DNA of 58,660 nucleotides, filler included, from Sphacelaria rigidula (GCA_964200075.2; 8 parts of 8 records of this genome joined end to end with filler, not necessarily neighbours in it); one strand, 5' to 3'; positions 1 to 12,592 are shown, counted from the first letter of the whole stretch. Made by a program: numbers and translations. Notes: a model not told the origin generated them from the letters alone.

Positions 1-340
1 TCAGTCCCGCATTCTAGCCCGAAGGTGGGAAAAATGTGCGGGCGCTCATCCCCAGCGAGTTGGCCAAGCAAGTTGTACATGACGTTCCCGACTCATGGTA
101 ATGAGAAGTGCGTGACATGTACAATATTTGCATCCAAATTTTCAGCGCAGAGTTAGTTGACTATGTGCCCATTATTTACCCCGGGAGTCATGGAAGGTAT
201 GAAGCGAGAACCTTCGGGTTATACTGAGCCATGCCTGAGCTGAGAAGTTGATGAAGTACAAATGATGTACAACTAGTATGATCTATTCATTGAAATGATG
301 GCTCTGAGTTGACTCACGAGTTGATCTGTCCTAACCGTGA
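1..340. repeat. Direct repeat, copy 1 (near-identical to 1450..1789)
   Basis: 1..340 matches 1450..1789 at offset 1449 with only about 2 visible mismatches; copy 1 ends where the foldback element begins. Confidence 0.95.
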
Positions 341-804
341 CTAGATTACAATACACACTACAGCACATCACGGCACAGTTCCGCACAAACCAGCACGGCA
401 GCGTACTGTGTGCTCCCACAATACACTACTGTATGCTACACGACACTACACTCACCGGCTCACTACACTTGCCACAACAGAACAAGCCCAACGCAGAGGA
501 GCGCAGTATAAGACAGAACTGCGAACACGATGGTTTCATGGTTTCAGAATATTTGGCGATGTGACATATATATATATATATATATATAGTACCGTTCACG
601 GTACGGTACGGTATCACAGTAATGTTCTGTATTCTACTGCGCTGCTCTGCGTTGGGCTTGTTTTGTTGTGGTAAGTGGAGTGAGCCGGTGAGTGTAGTGT
701 AGTGTAGCGTACAGTAGTGTATGGTGGGAGCACACAGTACGCTGCCGCGCTGGTTTGTGCGGAACTGTGCCGTGATGTACTGTAGTGTGTATTGTAGTTT
801 AGTC
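339..804. mobile_element. Foldback/MITE-like element with ~180-bp imperfect inverted arms and central (TA)n
   Basis: gactagattacaatacacactacag... at 339 is the reverse complement of ...ctgtagtgtgtattgtagtttagtc ending at 804; arms about 339-520 and 625-804. Confidence 0.8.
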
Positions 805-1449
805 TAGTGTAGCGTAGAAAGGCCTCGCCCAGCGTAGTGTATCCGTGCTATTGTGCTATGCTTTGTTGGGCCCGGACAAGGAAACACCGAGTGGGTTCCG
901 TCGAGGTCTGTTTTTACACAGCAGCTGCCAACCGCGGTGAACCACCGTACACCACTGCGCAACTTTGTTCACGATGTGCAATCTACAATATCCTCGATGT
1001 TTCTTTCTCATACTATGATACCGGCCACATCCCCTTTGCTGTCATGTTGTACTCCCGGCACGGCGGAGCAATTCGTACAGGTGCTTTCAGTACATTATTG
1101 CGTGTTTCCTTCCTGTGATGTCCAAACACAACAACATACGACCAGGCCATCGACGGTTCTCGATTGGAAGAACGCATCTTCCCACCATTACGCAGAGGTA
1201 CCGCTCGTGCACGGTACTCAACAGCCACGGCGAACTGCCGCGCATCCCTTATACCTGCCGAGTGTGGTGTTATGTTGACTCGTCATGACGCGCAAGCAGT
1301 CATGCTGTATAAACCGTAGGTCCCGCTGAGTCGAGGGTGGATAACACATATGCACCGCAGTCAGCTTGCGTGCATTACAGCTGTGAGAAACTAACTTACG
1401 CGTGGTTCAGAGCCCATCGGAAGTGAAGAGTCAACCTGTATACAACTTT

Positions 1450-1789
1450 TCAGTCCCGCATTCTAGCCCGAAGGTGGGAAAAATGTGCGGGCGCTCATCC
1501 CCAGCGAGTTGGCCAAGCAAGTTGTACATGACGTTCCCGACTCATGGTAATGAGAAGTGCGTGACATGTACAATATATGCATCCAAATTTTCAGCGCAGA
1601 GTTAGTTGACTATGTGCCCATTATTTACCCCGGGAGTCATGGAAGGTATGAAGCGAGAACCTTCGGGTTATACTGAGCCATGCATGAGCTGAGAAGTTGA
1701 TGAAGTACAAATGATGTACAACTAGTATGATCTATTCATTGAAATGATGGCTCTGAGTTGACTCACGAGTTGATCTGTCCTAACCGTGA
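1450..1789. repeat. Direct repeat, copy 2
   Basis: Matches 1..340. Confidence 0.95.
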
Positions 1790-2929
1790 TGGCTTCCAAG
1801 TAGAGCGCTTGCACCACGGATGCACCCAGAGCAGTTCGACACTCAAAACCGTGCATACATACGGTGCAAGACCTGTTTGGGCCGTCGAAGAGATGCAGCA
1901 TCTCACAAATCAAATTGTACCGCTGAGTGCATTGCAGTGCAGTGCAGCGGCGGCTCGACAGGATTCACGCTCGTTGGAGAAACATGCGGCCATTGTTTGC
2001 TACCAGCTTTCAGTCACGAATGACTCACGAATAGCACACAGCAGATTTGACCGAAAGGTTCACACCGAAAATATGCATGGCGGTTGCCACCCACAGCGCA
2101 CAAAAGGATGGGCTCGAGGGCTCACATCCCTGAACACCCGAGTGCAGCTTCTGGAAATCGATTCAGCTACCATTGCAGTGCAGTTATTGCAGCGCCAGCT
2201 ACACAGCACGACACGGACACGCGCGTAAACGAGGAAGGATTACCCGGCGAAACGTTCACTATCTTCCTTCGCTGCTGTTAGTGACAATCAACCAGTACTC
2301 TTACTCGACAAACACACATACACACACACACAGCGCAGCACTTGGAGCACCACCGTCGAGTGCGGCACTCACCAGGCGACATGGACGTGAAATAAAATCA
2401 ACCCCCGAATGAAGGTCCTTGCACCAACAAGTAGGCGTCTCAGTCACTCACAAACAAGCACTCATCCCACTGGAAACATATCGATACAAAGACTCCGAAC
2501 TGCTCAGTTGTCCTATCGTAGTGGAGATGGACTTGAAAAAAAAAAAGACGGGCAAACTCTCGTACGATTTGTTCAGATTCGCATGACGTTAGTTTCTAGT
2601 AATTTTCTTTCTCCGAAATTGTCTGTCTCAAGAACAAGCGGCCCTCCTGGGCAGTGCCTTATCGGGACAAGAAAAATAAGAATCAAAGACATCGAGTTGA
2701 CATGGTTCGACCCTGCGTTACCACCACCACTACCCACCACCACCTCACCTCCCTCTGGAACTGGCGATACCACAGAATAAAGCAACTCATTGGAACTCAT
2801 TGGGAGGCTGTCATCCAAATGCAAGATAATCAGTAGGCTTCGAGCCGAACAATCTTGGCAGGATGCAGCTCACCCCTCATGCGACTCGCCGAAAACATCA
2901 CGGCGCTTCNNNNNNNNNCATCCCGGCAT

Positions 2930-3530
2930 TGTAGGGATGCGAGGTCAGTGGTCTCATGACTATGACATGCATGATCATGAGTACCCCCCCCCCTCCCCGA
3001 AAACGATGCCGAGGTATATCCTGGTTGTTTCGTCTTGGTGCTGACTTCTTGAAGCCGTTTGATACTCTACATAACCCCATGTTTGGGCTGTTCGGCAATA
3101 ATTCAGCTTGTAGAGCAACGTGCATTAGCTATCACCACACGGTGACACATGCGGAGACGTGACACATACGCAAGACACAACCGCGCATCACTTACTCAGG
3201 CCCACTGTCCTCAGATAACTAGAGCATTGCCCTACCCGAAGCGGTTGATCAACTGGGCATCACGATGTCCTTGGTTCGGGGCAAATCTGTTTCGACCCGA
3301 GATGGATCCGATTATTTGCGTCAAACTCTTCTAGCAACAACACCGACATGGAGTCAACGACTGACTCCACGTTTTGGATACTTTTCTGGCACGCGCAAGG
3401 CCTCCCCCGCTCTATTACTGAATGGGTTACCGTGGTACGAGGACTGCTGTGTGTAGATGAACAATAGCTGAGCACCAGACATAATGCACTCGGGTGGCGG
3501 GTATCTGCGCTTAAGTGTTCGGGCTCCGGT
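2930..3530 (+). repeat. Diverged dispersed repeat, homologous to 47985..48555
   Basis: Shared ordered blocks: agggatgcg.ggtca.tggtc, gagtac+polyC, tgacacatgcgga, caaatctgtt, ggatccg.ttattt.cgt, taatgc.ct.gggtggcgg.tatctg. Confidence 0.75.
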
Positions 3531-3856
3531 GCGCCGATTTGAAGTGTTTCAGTCGCTGTCCTCGCACCACCAGGTTGAGAGATGTAGAGTTTAAAGAAGT
3601 CCTGTTCTAACCTTGAGAGTCGTTCGGATCTACGTTTGGTACAAGAAAACGCGGGAATCGGGAAAGCAAACACCGAAATGAATTGGAATTGGAAGCGCCC
3701 TGGACACAAGTAAAATCTATTCGATACAAGAAAACACGGAAACCGGGAAGAAATATGTGTAGTCGATAGGACTTGACATGGGTGAGCTCGTATTACTACT
3801 TGGTCGAATGGTAGTTCGAAAAACTTCCTCGGAAGTTCATGATTTCAAAATATTCC

Positions 3857-3905
3857 AAACCCTGAACCTTAAACCCTGAACCTTAAACCCTAACCCTAAC
3901 CCCGA
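3857..3905 (+). repeat. Short degenerate telomere-like (CCCTAA/CCCTGAA) tract
   Basis: aaaccctgaaccttaaaccctgaaccttaaaccctaaccctaacccc. Confidence 0.6.
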
Positions 3906-5340
3906 CCCAGGGCATAGCGAAAATTCTGGATCAAGAGGGGTGCCTAGGGTGCCCTAGGCAACGTGTGCGTTGGCAGACCTTGAAACGGCGTCAGCGACGA
4001 TTTAGACAAATGACGCGCTGCACACGCAAGTACTTCGGATGGTCAGCCCCACCGAAAATCTGACGATCAGTGTTCACACGAAGATCGAGTAAACAGTATT
4101 CCGTGAGGGTTTCATTCGACCACGTGGTGATATCTCCTGATAACTGGCTGCTATGAAAAATATTCACGTTCTAATATCGATATCTGACCCTGATTTTGTA
4201 CCGATAAGACACCGTCTTTCTCCTTCCGAAGAACAGTTATTTACATTACTTCGAGCAGCACAGCGGAGTACAAGACACAACCGTGGATGTGAACGCGAGA
4301 AAAAAAAAAAACTGAAAGTAAAAATTCTTTGCACGAACAGGCAGGCTACTACTGTACCATTCACAAATAAACACGCACCTGGCTAGAGACACATCCGGCG
4401 CGGACAAACTCACGTGTTTTTTTCGCCGTTCCTGCTTAACTGTTGGCGGGATCGTACGTCATGCGTGTTATACTTCAAGGTGCAACTACCCAGACTGTCT
4501 GTTTTGTAACCCGCACACACATGAGTCGATAATGAGTCGAGTCGAAGAACGTTTGCTGGTGGTCTGGCAGCTAACGACCAGGCGTATCCACCGACGTGGG
4601 TGACCCGAAATACTGTACGTTGAGGCGCCGCGAAGCGGCGATTGGCCCCCGTCGCATCGCACTCGTTGGTTTTGTGGTATGAGGTAGATAGGAGAATTTC
4701 GTGTCCTTGCTTAGGTCTCGTCTTGACGGAAGGACAAATGAGAACGAGATGGCGAGAATAAACTGGTGGGCTGCCTGCTACAGCTCTTGATGCATTCGAA
4801 AATGAATGTTGTGAATACCAAATAACACTCTGCGGTTACCGTCTGAGACCGCAGAAAGAGAATTGGCAGGTAATACGCAAGTGTTTGGTGTCTGCCTGGC
4901 ATTACGTGGAAATGTGGCTAACCCGTAATTACGCGTCGAATTAGCAGTGTATGGAATATTGTTTTGTAGAAAAACATGGGCGAGAAGCATTATTCGAACA
5001 TGGTAGCTGTAGCGTGGTGAGTGCGGTACTTTTGAATAAAAAACTGTGTGCATCCTACGGGTATTTATATCCCACACGCAAGTAGTCTGTTTGGATATGC
5101 ATCCTATCCACACACAGTCAGTACTGTACACGGCTATGATAACCCTGCAAGTCCAGTTGGCTTTATGCTGTACATGACATGGCACAGTATTGGTGCACGT
5201 CGCCTGTTTTGGTTTCAGCACGTTTCAAGAGTAAAATCATTGTAGGTCCTACGTCTACGTGGGACATCCTGGGTTTGGCCCCTAGTCCGCGGTCAACCGT
5301 CCGTGCATGCCTAGCTGTAAATATCTTCTTCAATTGTACA

Positions 5341-5585
5341 TAGCGCAATAACAGCGCAGCACTTGAACACTCAGGCAGAAACAGTATCCCGCCTGCTCGA
5401 GATCATGCAGTAGGATATTGGGGCCCATCAACGTCTTATCCAGAGCAGAAGAAGGCTGACCTCCGCCCGTCCTTTCCCCTCACTCAGATTCTCTATATAG
5501 CTCAAGAGAGACTGCGTCCAGCCCCTGCTACTCAAGCCTTGACAGCACAGGGGGGGTCAAGAGAACGGACGCAGCTACTACTCTA
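5341..5585. mobile_element. Possible hAT-like MITE
   Basis: Imperfect TIR (tagcgcaataacagcg / cgcagctactactcta, 11/16), flanked by direct repeat ttgtaca (7-8 bp). Confidence 0.4.
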
Positions 5586-5720
5586 TTGTACACTTAATTA
5601 ATCAATTGATTAACTGACACTAATGTCATACAGTTCGGGTATAGATGTAACGTTTGTGTGACGATATGTCCCTGATCCGTACGTCGTATGTACTCTGACA
5701 TCGCTCGGCAATACACGCAG

Positions 5721-5842
5721 GCGGCAAGGGGGGTAAGGGAGGCGGCAAAAGCCAAAAGGGCGGGGCGTCTGCAGAGGACATCAGCCTGGACGACATAGCG
5801 GGAATACCAGAAACCAAGGCTCGTTACGACAAAGTCTTGGAG
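5721..5842 (+). CDS. Internal exon of ribosome recycling factor (probably mitochondrial)
   Basis: cag acceptor and gt donor; encodes GKGGKGGGKSQKGGASAEDISLDDIAGIPETKARYDKVLE and splices in phase to the next exon. Confidence 0.75.
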
Positions 5843-6420
5843 GTATCTTGCTATCCCTTTCGATCGAGGGAAAAGAAGAAAAAAATGAACCATTTCGAGT
5901 GGAGGGTTCTTGTTATCCCGGTGTATTCATTTCAGAAACTGTTCAGTACCACCGCGACCAGGGTGTTCTCAAGTTTTACCTATTCAAAATCGGTCCGGGC
6001 GGCGTTGGCAAAACGAATCTCCGCAAATACCTTTTTTTCCTCCAGGTGCAGTATCTGATTCCCATGGTTGAAGTAGGTGCGAATGTGCCTACTGTAGCTC
6101 AAGAAAATTCGACAAGAGGCAACGCGTTGCAGGAGTACGGATCCGATCCGCGATTCCAAATCGACAGGCATGTGTTGGGTGAGATAGGAGATGGGTTGAA
6201 TCCTCGAAATCACGAACTTCTCCCCAGAGAGAACAGACAAGGGGTTAAAAGCTAGGAGAAAAAATAGATATTGACTGCGTAGATACTTCAGCGACGCCAG
6301 CAAGTGTGCCCCCCCCCCCTTCTACTCCTTCCCCACGCGTACCCGTGCCTCTGCCCTCCGGACCTGAACGGATTCGCCCTGCCTGCCGCCTGATCATGAT
6401 TCGCCTGTGTTGTGTTACAG

Positions 6421-6469
6421 GGACTCAAGCACGAGTTTCAGAGTTTACGAGGGGGCAAGACCGATCCAG
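6421..6469 (+). CDS. Internal exon of ribosome recycling factor
   Basis: ttacag acceptor; GLKHEFQSLRGGKTDP. The joined ARYDKVLEGLKHEFQSLRGGKTDP resembles RRF helix A plus the RTGRAxP motif. No later exon identified before the contig end. Confidence 0.75.
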
Positions 6470-7246
6470 GTGTTGTGGCTTTGGGTCGAAATGTCGCTCC
6501 TTCTTTTTTTTCTGTTTATCCCGCTCTGTGCACCAAGCGATCAGACGGGTTTTTTGTGCGAAGCGTGGCGTTTTATCAGCACAGCAAGCAGGCAAATAGC
6601 GCACCCGAGAGGTTTTTCGCTCTCTGCACCTTTTCTGTGTACAACATCAGCCGGACAATTTTCTGTGATGACGTACCGTATGCTGCGCATTTGATGAAAC
6701 AACCGAAGTACATTTCAGCATGCATCAGGCACACCACACTGCTAGTGCAGTTGAAGATCATACATATTTCAGAACTCGATGTCATCGTTTTGAGCGATCA
6801 TACGTTCCAACACACCCATACGCGCTCTTTCCCCGACGTGAAGGTTTCATTCCCGCCTCAATTTCAACGAGGGTCATGATTTGAAGCCATGGATTATTTC
6901 GGGGCTAATGTACAGTCTTGAAATTGTTAACCAAGGATCCCGTGACGGTGTACATGCATGAGGGACTCGTGAACGCGCCCACATTTTTCTTTTGTCGCTC
7001 ATCCTCTCCTTGGCGCACAACGGCTTCCCCCCCCCCTCCTTCCTTCACGTTCGGCTTGTGTTTGTCGCCTCCGTAGCTTGGTTCTGCGAACGTTTCACGT
7101 TTTACAATGGCCATTCGCACTCGATGCAATGCGACACCTATCTTGTCTTTTTGTTCAATCAAATTGCGGTGGTGCAGCACTGCATTGCGTCTCCCCCCCC
7201 CCCCCCCCCCCCCCCCCCCACCCACCAGAAACCAAAACGGAACCAA

Positions 7247-7346
7247 NNNNNNNNNNNNNNNNNNNNNNNNNNNNNNNNNNNNNNNNNNNNTTAATTAATT
7301 AANNNNNNNNNNNNNNNNNNNNNNNNNNNNNNNNNNNNNNNNNNNN
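7247..7346. other. Artificial contig linker 44N-TTAATTAATTAA-44N
   Basis: Six-frame stop linker between N runs. Confidence 0.98.
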
Positions 7347-7503
7347 CGTACCGGTACCGACCCGATGCCCCCCCCCCCCCCCCCCGGCTCCGGCAAACCC
7401 GCTGGTGGTTCCGCTCGCGCACACACCCTGCCCGTTTTTTTTTTCTTCTTCTATGTGGTCGTCGGTGTGTGCCCTCTGTGTGCCCGTCCGTCTTGTCTGG
7501 CAG

Positions 7504-7647
7504 TTCTTCCATGTGCCGGACACCGTGACCAAGGCCCATTCGTCGGAGTGCATGGACTTCATGATGTCGTTCGTCTGCGACCACGCCTCTAGGCTAGGGA
7601 AACGTAACGTCGACGAAATCAAGAGGCACCCGTGGTTCCAGTCCCTG
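7504..7647 (+). CDS. NDR/LATS-family AGC kinase exon (end of catalytic domain)
   Basis: cag/gtgag borders, 144 nt; FFHVPDTVTKAHSSECMDFMMSFVCDHASRLGKRNVDEIKRHPWFQSL contains the RLG..EIKxHPWF motif. Confidence 0.9.
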
Positions 7648-8152
7648 GTGAGAGAGACATGCTACAAAGAAAGTCACTTCTCGTTTTTTACATGTTTTCA
7701 GAGCGAGCAAAAAAGAAGCCAGGGGTTTGGTTACTTTTATACGCCAGTTGATGAAGTCATTCTGAACGACACACGTTCGGTCATCTTTTCGAAAGTTCGA
7801 CATAACCTGTACACTCCCTCATGACCAAAAAAATGGGCCACGCCATGTCGTTTCGTGGCTTGTGACGAGCCTTCTTTCCAGATACGTTACACTGTTGTTG
7901 TTTGCTTCATATCAAGAACCGTCCCGATATCTGCGCGGTACATTCGCACGGGGCATCTGATGCGGACGCCTTCCGTGGTCACAGGTTAGCTACCCATAAT
8001 AAGGTATGCAGAAATCTAAGAAAGAAAAAAAAAGAACTAAAAAAGAACTCGCAAATCCGATGCAAGCAAAACGTGGGTGAGGGTTTCGTACTAGAACCAG
8101 CGGGGAAATTTTTAACCAATCCTTGTTTACGATTTCCATTTTTTCGCGACAG

Positions 8153-8311
8153 AACTGGGAAACGCTTCGGGATAACCCAGCGCCCTATAAGCCCGAGCAG
8201 TCGGATGAGATGGCTGAGCTGATGGAGAGCGTCAAGAGTTGTTCGGCGTCGGACCCACAAATGACGGCGCTTGTCAAAAGGATGACTGCCAACTTTGACG
8301 AGTTCGCCGAG
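8153..8311 (+). CDS. NDR/LATS-family AGC kinase exon (C-terminal tail)
   Basis: cag/gtacgt borders, 159 nt; NWETLRDNPAPYKP...MTANFDEFAE contains the PxxP and NFD motifs. Confidence 0.9.
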
Positions 8312-8776
8312 GTACGTGCCAATCCGGAGAGTGGTTAATCACCTGGCTATTGTCTACGGTGTTTATTCTATTTTTTATTTTATTTTTGTTTTATTTGTTT
8401 CTGCTACTCATTTTTATTCCATTTTCCGTTCTTGAAGGCTCGTACTTGCGTACTTGGATATTATCATCCTTCCGCTCTTGCGCACCGTCTTGTCGTGCCG
8501 TGCCTTGTCTTTGTCTTGACCCGTCCTGTCCTGACTTGTTCGGTGTGTCAGCATGTCTAGCTAGTATCCTATTTGATCTCTTTGGCCTCCTCCGACCTGT
8601 GTACCATGTAGCCGATGCTTTTTCTCTTTCTCGTTTGTTCTTTCGGCTCGTGTGTATATTTTTGTGCACTTTGTTTTGTTCGCCAATGTGTTTGTAGAAC
8701 TCCGCCCTGTGAGGCGCCGCGTTTTCATGTTACTATTATGATTATTATGATTATTAATTTTAGTGTTATTATTATT

Positions 8777-8904
8777 TTTCTCTTTCTCTTTCTCTTTCTC
8801 TTTCTCTTTCTCTTTCTCTTTCTCTTTCTCTTTCTCTTTCTCTTTCTCTTTCTCTTTCTCTTTCTCTTTCTCTTTCTCTTTCTCTTTCTCTTTCTCTTTC
8901 TCTT
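8777..8904. repeat. (TTTCTC)n microsatellite, about 21 units
   Basis: Direct reading. Confidence 0.98.
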
Positions 8905-8990
8905 GTATTCTGTACTGTTTTGTGCCACGGCTTTGTGAACACGGGTGCTAATGTTTTGGAAAAGGGCTGATGTGAGGAGAAAAAAAAAGT

Positions 8991-10397
8991 GGCAATGGCC
9001 TAGGAAATGTATACCTTCTCGTATTTTGTCGAAGAAAGGTACGAATGGCCAGAAACGCGGAAACAGCAGAACACACAGTCTAGACCGATTTCGCTCCGGA
9101 TTTTTCACGCACAGCAATCGGGGGGCTCCTCGGCACCCGTACCTCGAAAAACAAAAACAAATACATGTTACCCGCGAGATTTGGCCATGCGCAGAAGGAC
9201 GTCTCGCCCCCAGAAACCACTTTTCCTTTCTAGGCCAAATTTCGGCCAGGTGTACCTGATCTAGGATGATTTTTCAATCGCACCTTATCTGGGTCACCTT
9301 TTTGCCCAGAGAGTACCTATCCTGGGCCATCGCTCCCCACACACCACCTGATGTGGCACACTGCGCGCGAGGGAATCTACGCGCCAACTCCAACCATGGC
9401 GCCCACACGTTCGGCTCTTTTCCCGCCCATTCGCCGTTCACGAACGCCACAGCAACCACAGGTTACTATCCCTAACGCCACAGCCATTAATTTTTAGATC
9501 GCGAGGAGGGCAGTCCATCTGGATTATGCTCGCTTTTTCAAGTGATGTTGATGCCGATTCAACAGATGACCTACTCTCGCTGTCTACGAGTAAGGGTCAA
9601 TCCTTATAGGACCGGCTTTTGGAACCGGATCCCCAGAAACGCGTGGTTTGCACGCAGGGGCCTTTCTGTGAACCGGCATCATTTTCAGTCGTTTCCACGT
9701 AACATGATACCGATTTACGGAAACGCCCCTGCGTGCAAACCACATGTTCCCGGGAGTCCGGTCCCAAAAAGCAATACGGAACATGACACCAGCCCCAGAT
9801 CGCTACGGCACGATGTTGCATAAAACTCCGCAAGAGCGAAAGACCGACGCATTGTGAGTTATGAGTCCAGTTCTTGTGTGGATACGGAGAGGCTCAGGAA
9901 CTATTTTCGGGGAGGAGGGGGCGTGGTCTCTGTGGCGTTCGTGAACGACGTATGGGCGGGAAAAGAGCCGAATGTGTGGGTACCATGGTTGGAGTTGGCG
10001 CGTAGATTCCCTTGCGCGCAGTTCGCTGCATCAGGTATAGTAGTGCGGCAAGCGATGGCCCAGGATATGTACTTTCTGGGCCGACTGGTGGCCCAGACAA
10101 GGTGCGAGTGAAAGAAAATCCTAGATCAGCTACACCTAGCCGAAAATTGGCCTGGAAAAGGAAGTGGTTTTTGGAGGCGAGACGTCCTTCTGCGCATGGC
10201 CATATCTCGCGAGTTACATGTTTTTTTTTCTCTTTTTTCGGGGCCTGGATGCCGAGGAGCCCTGCGATTGCTGTGCGTGAAGAACCCGGAGCGAAATCAG
10301 TCTAGATTGTGTGTTCGGCTGTTTTCGCGTTTTTCGTCAGTTTTCGTACCTTATTGGGCAAAACACGAGAAGGTATACCTATTCTGAGACATTGCCC
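8991..10397. mobile_element. Long-TIR (~470 bp) non-autonomous DNA transposon, Mutator-like, in kinase intron
   Basis: 8991-9460 is the reverse complement of about 9923-10397; GGCAATG..CATTGCC ends; flanks aaaaaaaaag / aaaacacaag (8/10) resemble a 9-10-bp TSD. Confidence 0.65.
9491..9775. mobile_element. Degenerate piggyBac-like MITE plus an adjacent palindromic element
   Basis: ttaa..tagatcgcgagg..ttcaagtgatgttgatgccgattca..taaggg|tcaa|tcctta..; inner inverted repeat gtggtttgcacgcagggg / cccctgcgtgcaaaccac. Confidence 0.6.
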
Positions 10398-11291
10398 AAA
10401 ACACAAGTGTGGTTGCTGTCCAAGTCTTACTTAAGTCGTGTCGGGCCACTTGACCTCTCCTGACGAGTTTTTTCAAGGTTGTGTTACGTAGGTATGCCTG
10501 GAAATGGGGAATTGTTAGTTGACATGTAATACTGCACCCTACCGAAATATGTATCGAACATCCCGTTGTGGTCGAACAGGATGTCGAGCCCTGTCCCAAA
10601 CACTCCGGTACGGTTCGGAAGGGCATTCACTGACAAAGGACCTGTACTAAAATTTCGTAAACACCCGAATTTCAGCCGGTGTACCCTACAGAACACAAGA
10701 TACTAGATGTCGTATTCGAAGCAAATCGCCTCAAGTATGATCGAGAACGTAGGCCATGACGGTTCATCCCTCTGCTGCACTGCGTCGCGTGTCCAAATCT
10801 CACATTGCAACAATCCAAAGGTGTGTTATAATAGATGGGACATCTCGTACACGTGAGGATTTTGAAGAATCGTACTCTAAGTACCCGAACCTTGGGTATA
10901 GTATTGAGATCGTACTCAACATTGCCCATATATTGGTGGAGTGTTGCGATCGTACGTAACTTCAATAGATGTTCTCGCAAAGTTCGGAGATCGGACCGTA
11001 GCAGCACCAAATCTGGGGAAGTAAATATCTGGATATTTACCCCACCCAACATACCCTTTTGACAATCTCAAATCGCTTCTCTTGATGGCTATCCACCAAC
11101 GAGCGAACAATGTCCGAAGTAATTTTTGGAAGCGCCCCTCTACTGAAATCCTGACCAACTTGGATTTCTGGTTCCCCTACCATATTTTGTCATTCGCTTC
11201 ACCTGATTCTGGGTCAGTTGAACAAAACGTAGGAACACCCGTAACCCATGCGCTGTGACGGAACACGTAAGGCATTTATGGGACGAGGTTA

Positions 11292-12592
11292 CACACGTCG
11301 GACAACTCATGAGCTACGTGTAGCTCATCTGCGGGCTGTAGCTTACTTGTAGTCAAATATGCACGCGTGAGTTTCGTCCGATAGCTCACCCAAGGTGAAC
11401 GTGCACTGATGACCTACGGGTCGGTAGCTCACCCAGGACAAACATGTGTAGCTCATTCAGCTCTCATAGCTCACCCAGGGAGAAGATGGGCTGATGAACT
11501 ACGGGTTGGTGGCTCAACCAGGACAAACGTGCGTAGCTCATGCAGCTCCCATAGCTCACCCAGGGAGAAGATGAGAAGATGAGCTACGAGTTGGTAGCTT
11601 ACCTAGGACAAACGTGCGTAGCTCATGCAGCTCTTTTAGCTCACCGAGAGAGAAAATGAGCTGATAAGCTATGGGTTGGTAGCTCACCTGAGGCAAACAT
11701 GTGTAGCTCATGTAGCTCTCATAGCTCACCCAGGGGAAAACATGCGCGGATGAGCCACGCTCGGTAACTCACCCAGGTCAAACATGCGTAGCTCACCTAG
11801 CCTTTGTAGCTCATCCAAGAAGAACATGTGTAGCTCACGCAACTCTTGTAGCTCACCCAAGGAAAACATATGCGGATGAGCTGTGCAGGGCGGGTTGTGT
11901 GTGCGTCTGTGGTTGTGAGGGGCGTTGTGGCTATGGTGCGGATGGCTTCCGATGCGGTCATGTTGATGTTAACAACCAGCAAATCCATGCTGCACAAAAC
12001 GAAACGCAGGTATGGACACATGTAACCGTTTTCACGCATCAACGTGCGTGAGTATCGGAACAGAAATGACTCCAAATTCGGCGTAGCTCACGTAGCTGTC
12101 ATAGCTCATCCAGGGCAACTAAGCGTAGCTCACGCAGCTCTCATAGCTTATCAAGAGCAAACATGCGTAGCTCACGTAGCTGTCATAGCTCATCCAGGGC
12201 AACTAAGCGTAGCTCACGCAGCTCTCATAGCTTATCAAGAGCAAACCTGCGTAGCTCATGTAGCTGTCATAGCTCATCCAGGGCAACTAAGCGTAGCTCA
12301 CGCAGCTCTCATAGCTTATCAAGAGCAAACATGCGTAGCTCATGTAGCTCTCATAGCTCGTCCAGGACAAACGTGCGTAGCTGATGCAGCTCTCATAGAT
12401 CACCCAGGGCAAATATGAGCTGATGAGCTACGGGTTGGTAGCTCATCTACGGCAAACATGCATGGCTCATGTAGCTCTCATAGCTCGCCCAGGAAAAAAA
12501 CGCGTCGCTCATGCAGCTCTCATACCTCACCAGGGAGCTACGTCGAAAAAGAGCTAGCTCGAGCTACAGGGAGCTGATCTGCTCGATATGTG
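11292..12592 (+). mobile_element. CACACG-ended TIR element filled with 42/84-bp TAGCTCA tandem repeats
   Basis: Ends cacacgtcggac..gctcgatatgtg; flanks cgaggtta / caaggata (6/8); both termini homologous to 16178..17888; unique core at about 11885-12080. Confidence 0.8.

Noticed and set aside
5594-5613. TTAATTAATCAATTGATTAA as another linker
   Set aside because: No flanking Ns and not the linker sequence; a short natural AT-rich palindrome
8615-9117. Poly-KR/FL/SF ORFs
   Set aside because: Translations of the (TTTCTC)n microsatellite within an intron
10400-11270. LINE C-terminal remnant
   Set aside because: Only vague similarity; no RT or endonuclease motif recognisable
11300-12560. CRISPR-like array or repeat protein (VAHVAVIAHPGQ.. 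ORFs, also 16433-16909)
   Set aside because: Contiguous tandem units with no unique spacers and no cas genes; the ORFs are by-products of a 42-bp unit inside a TIR element
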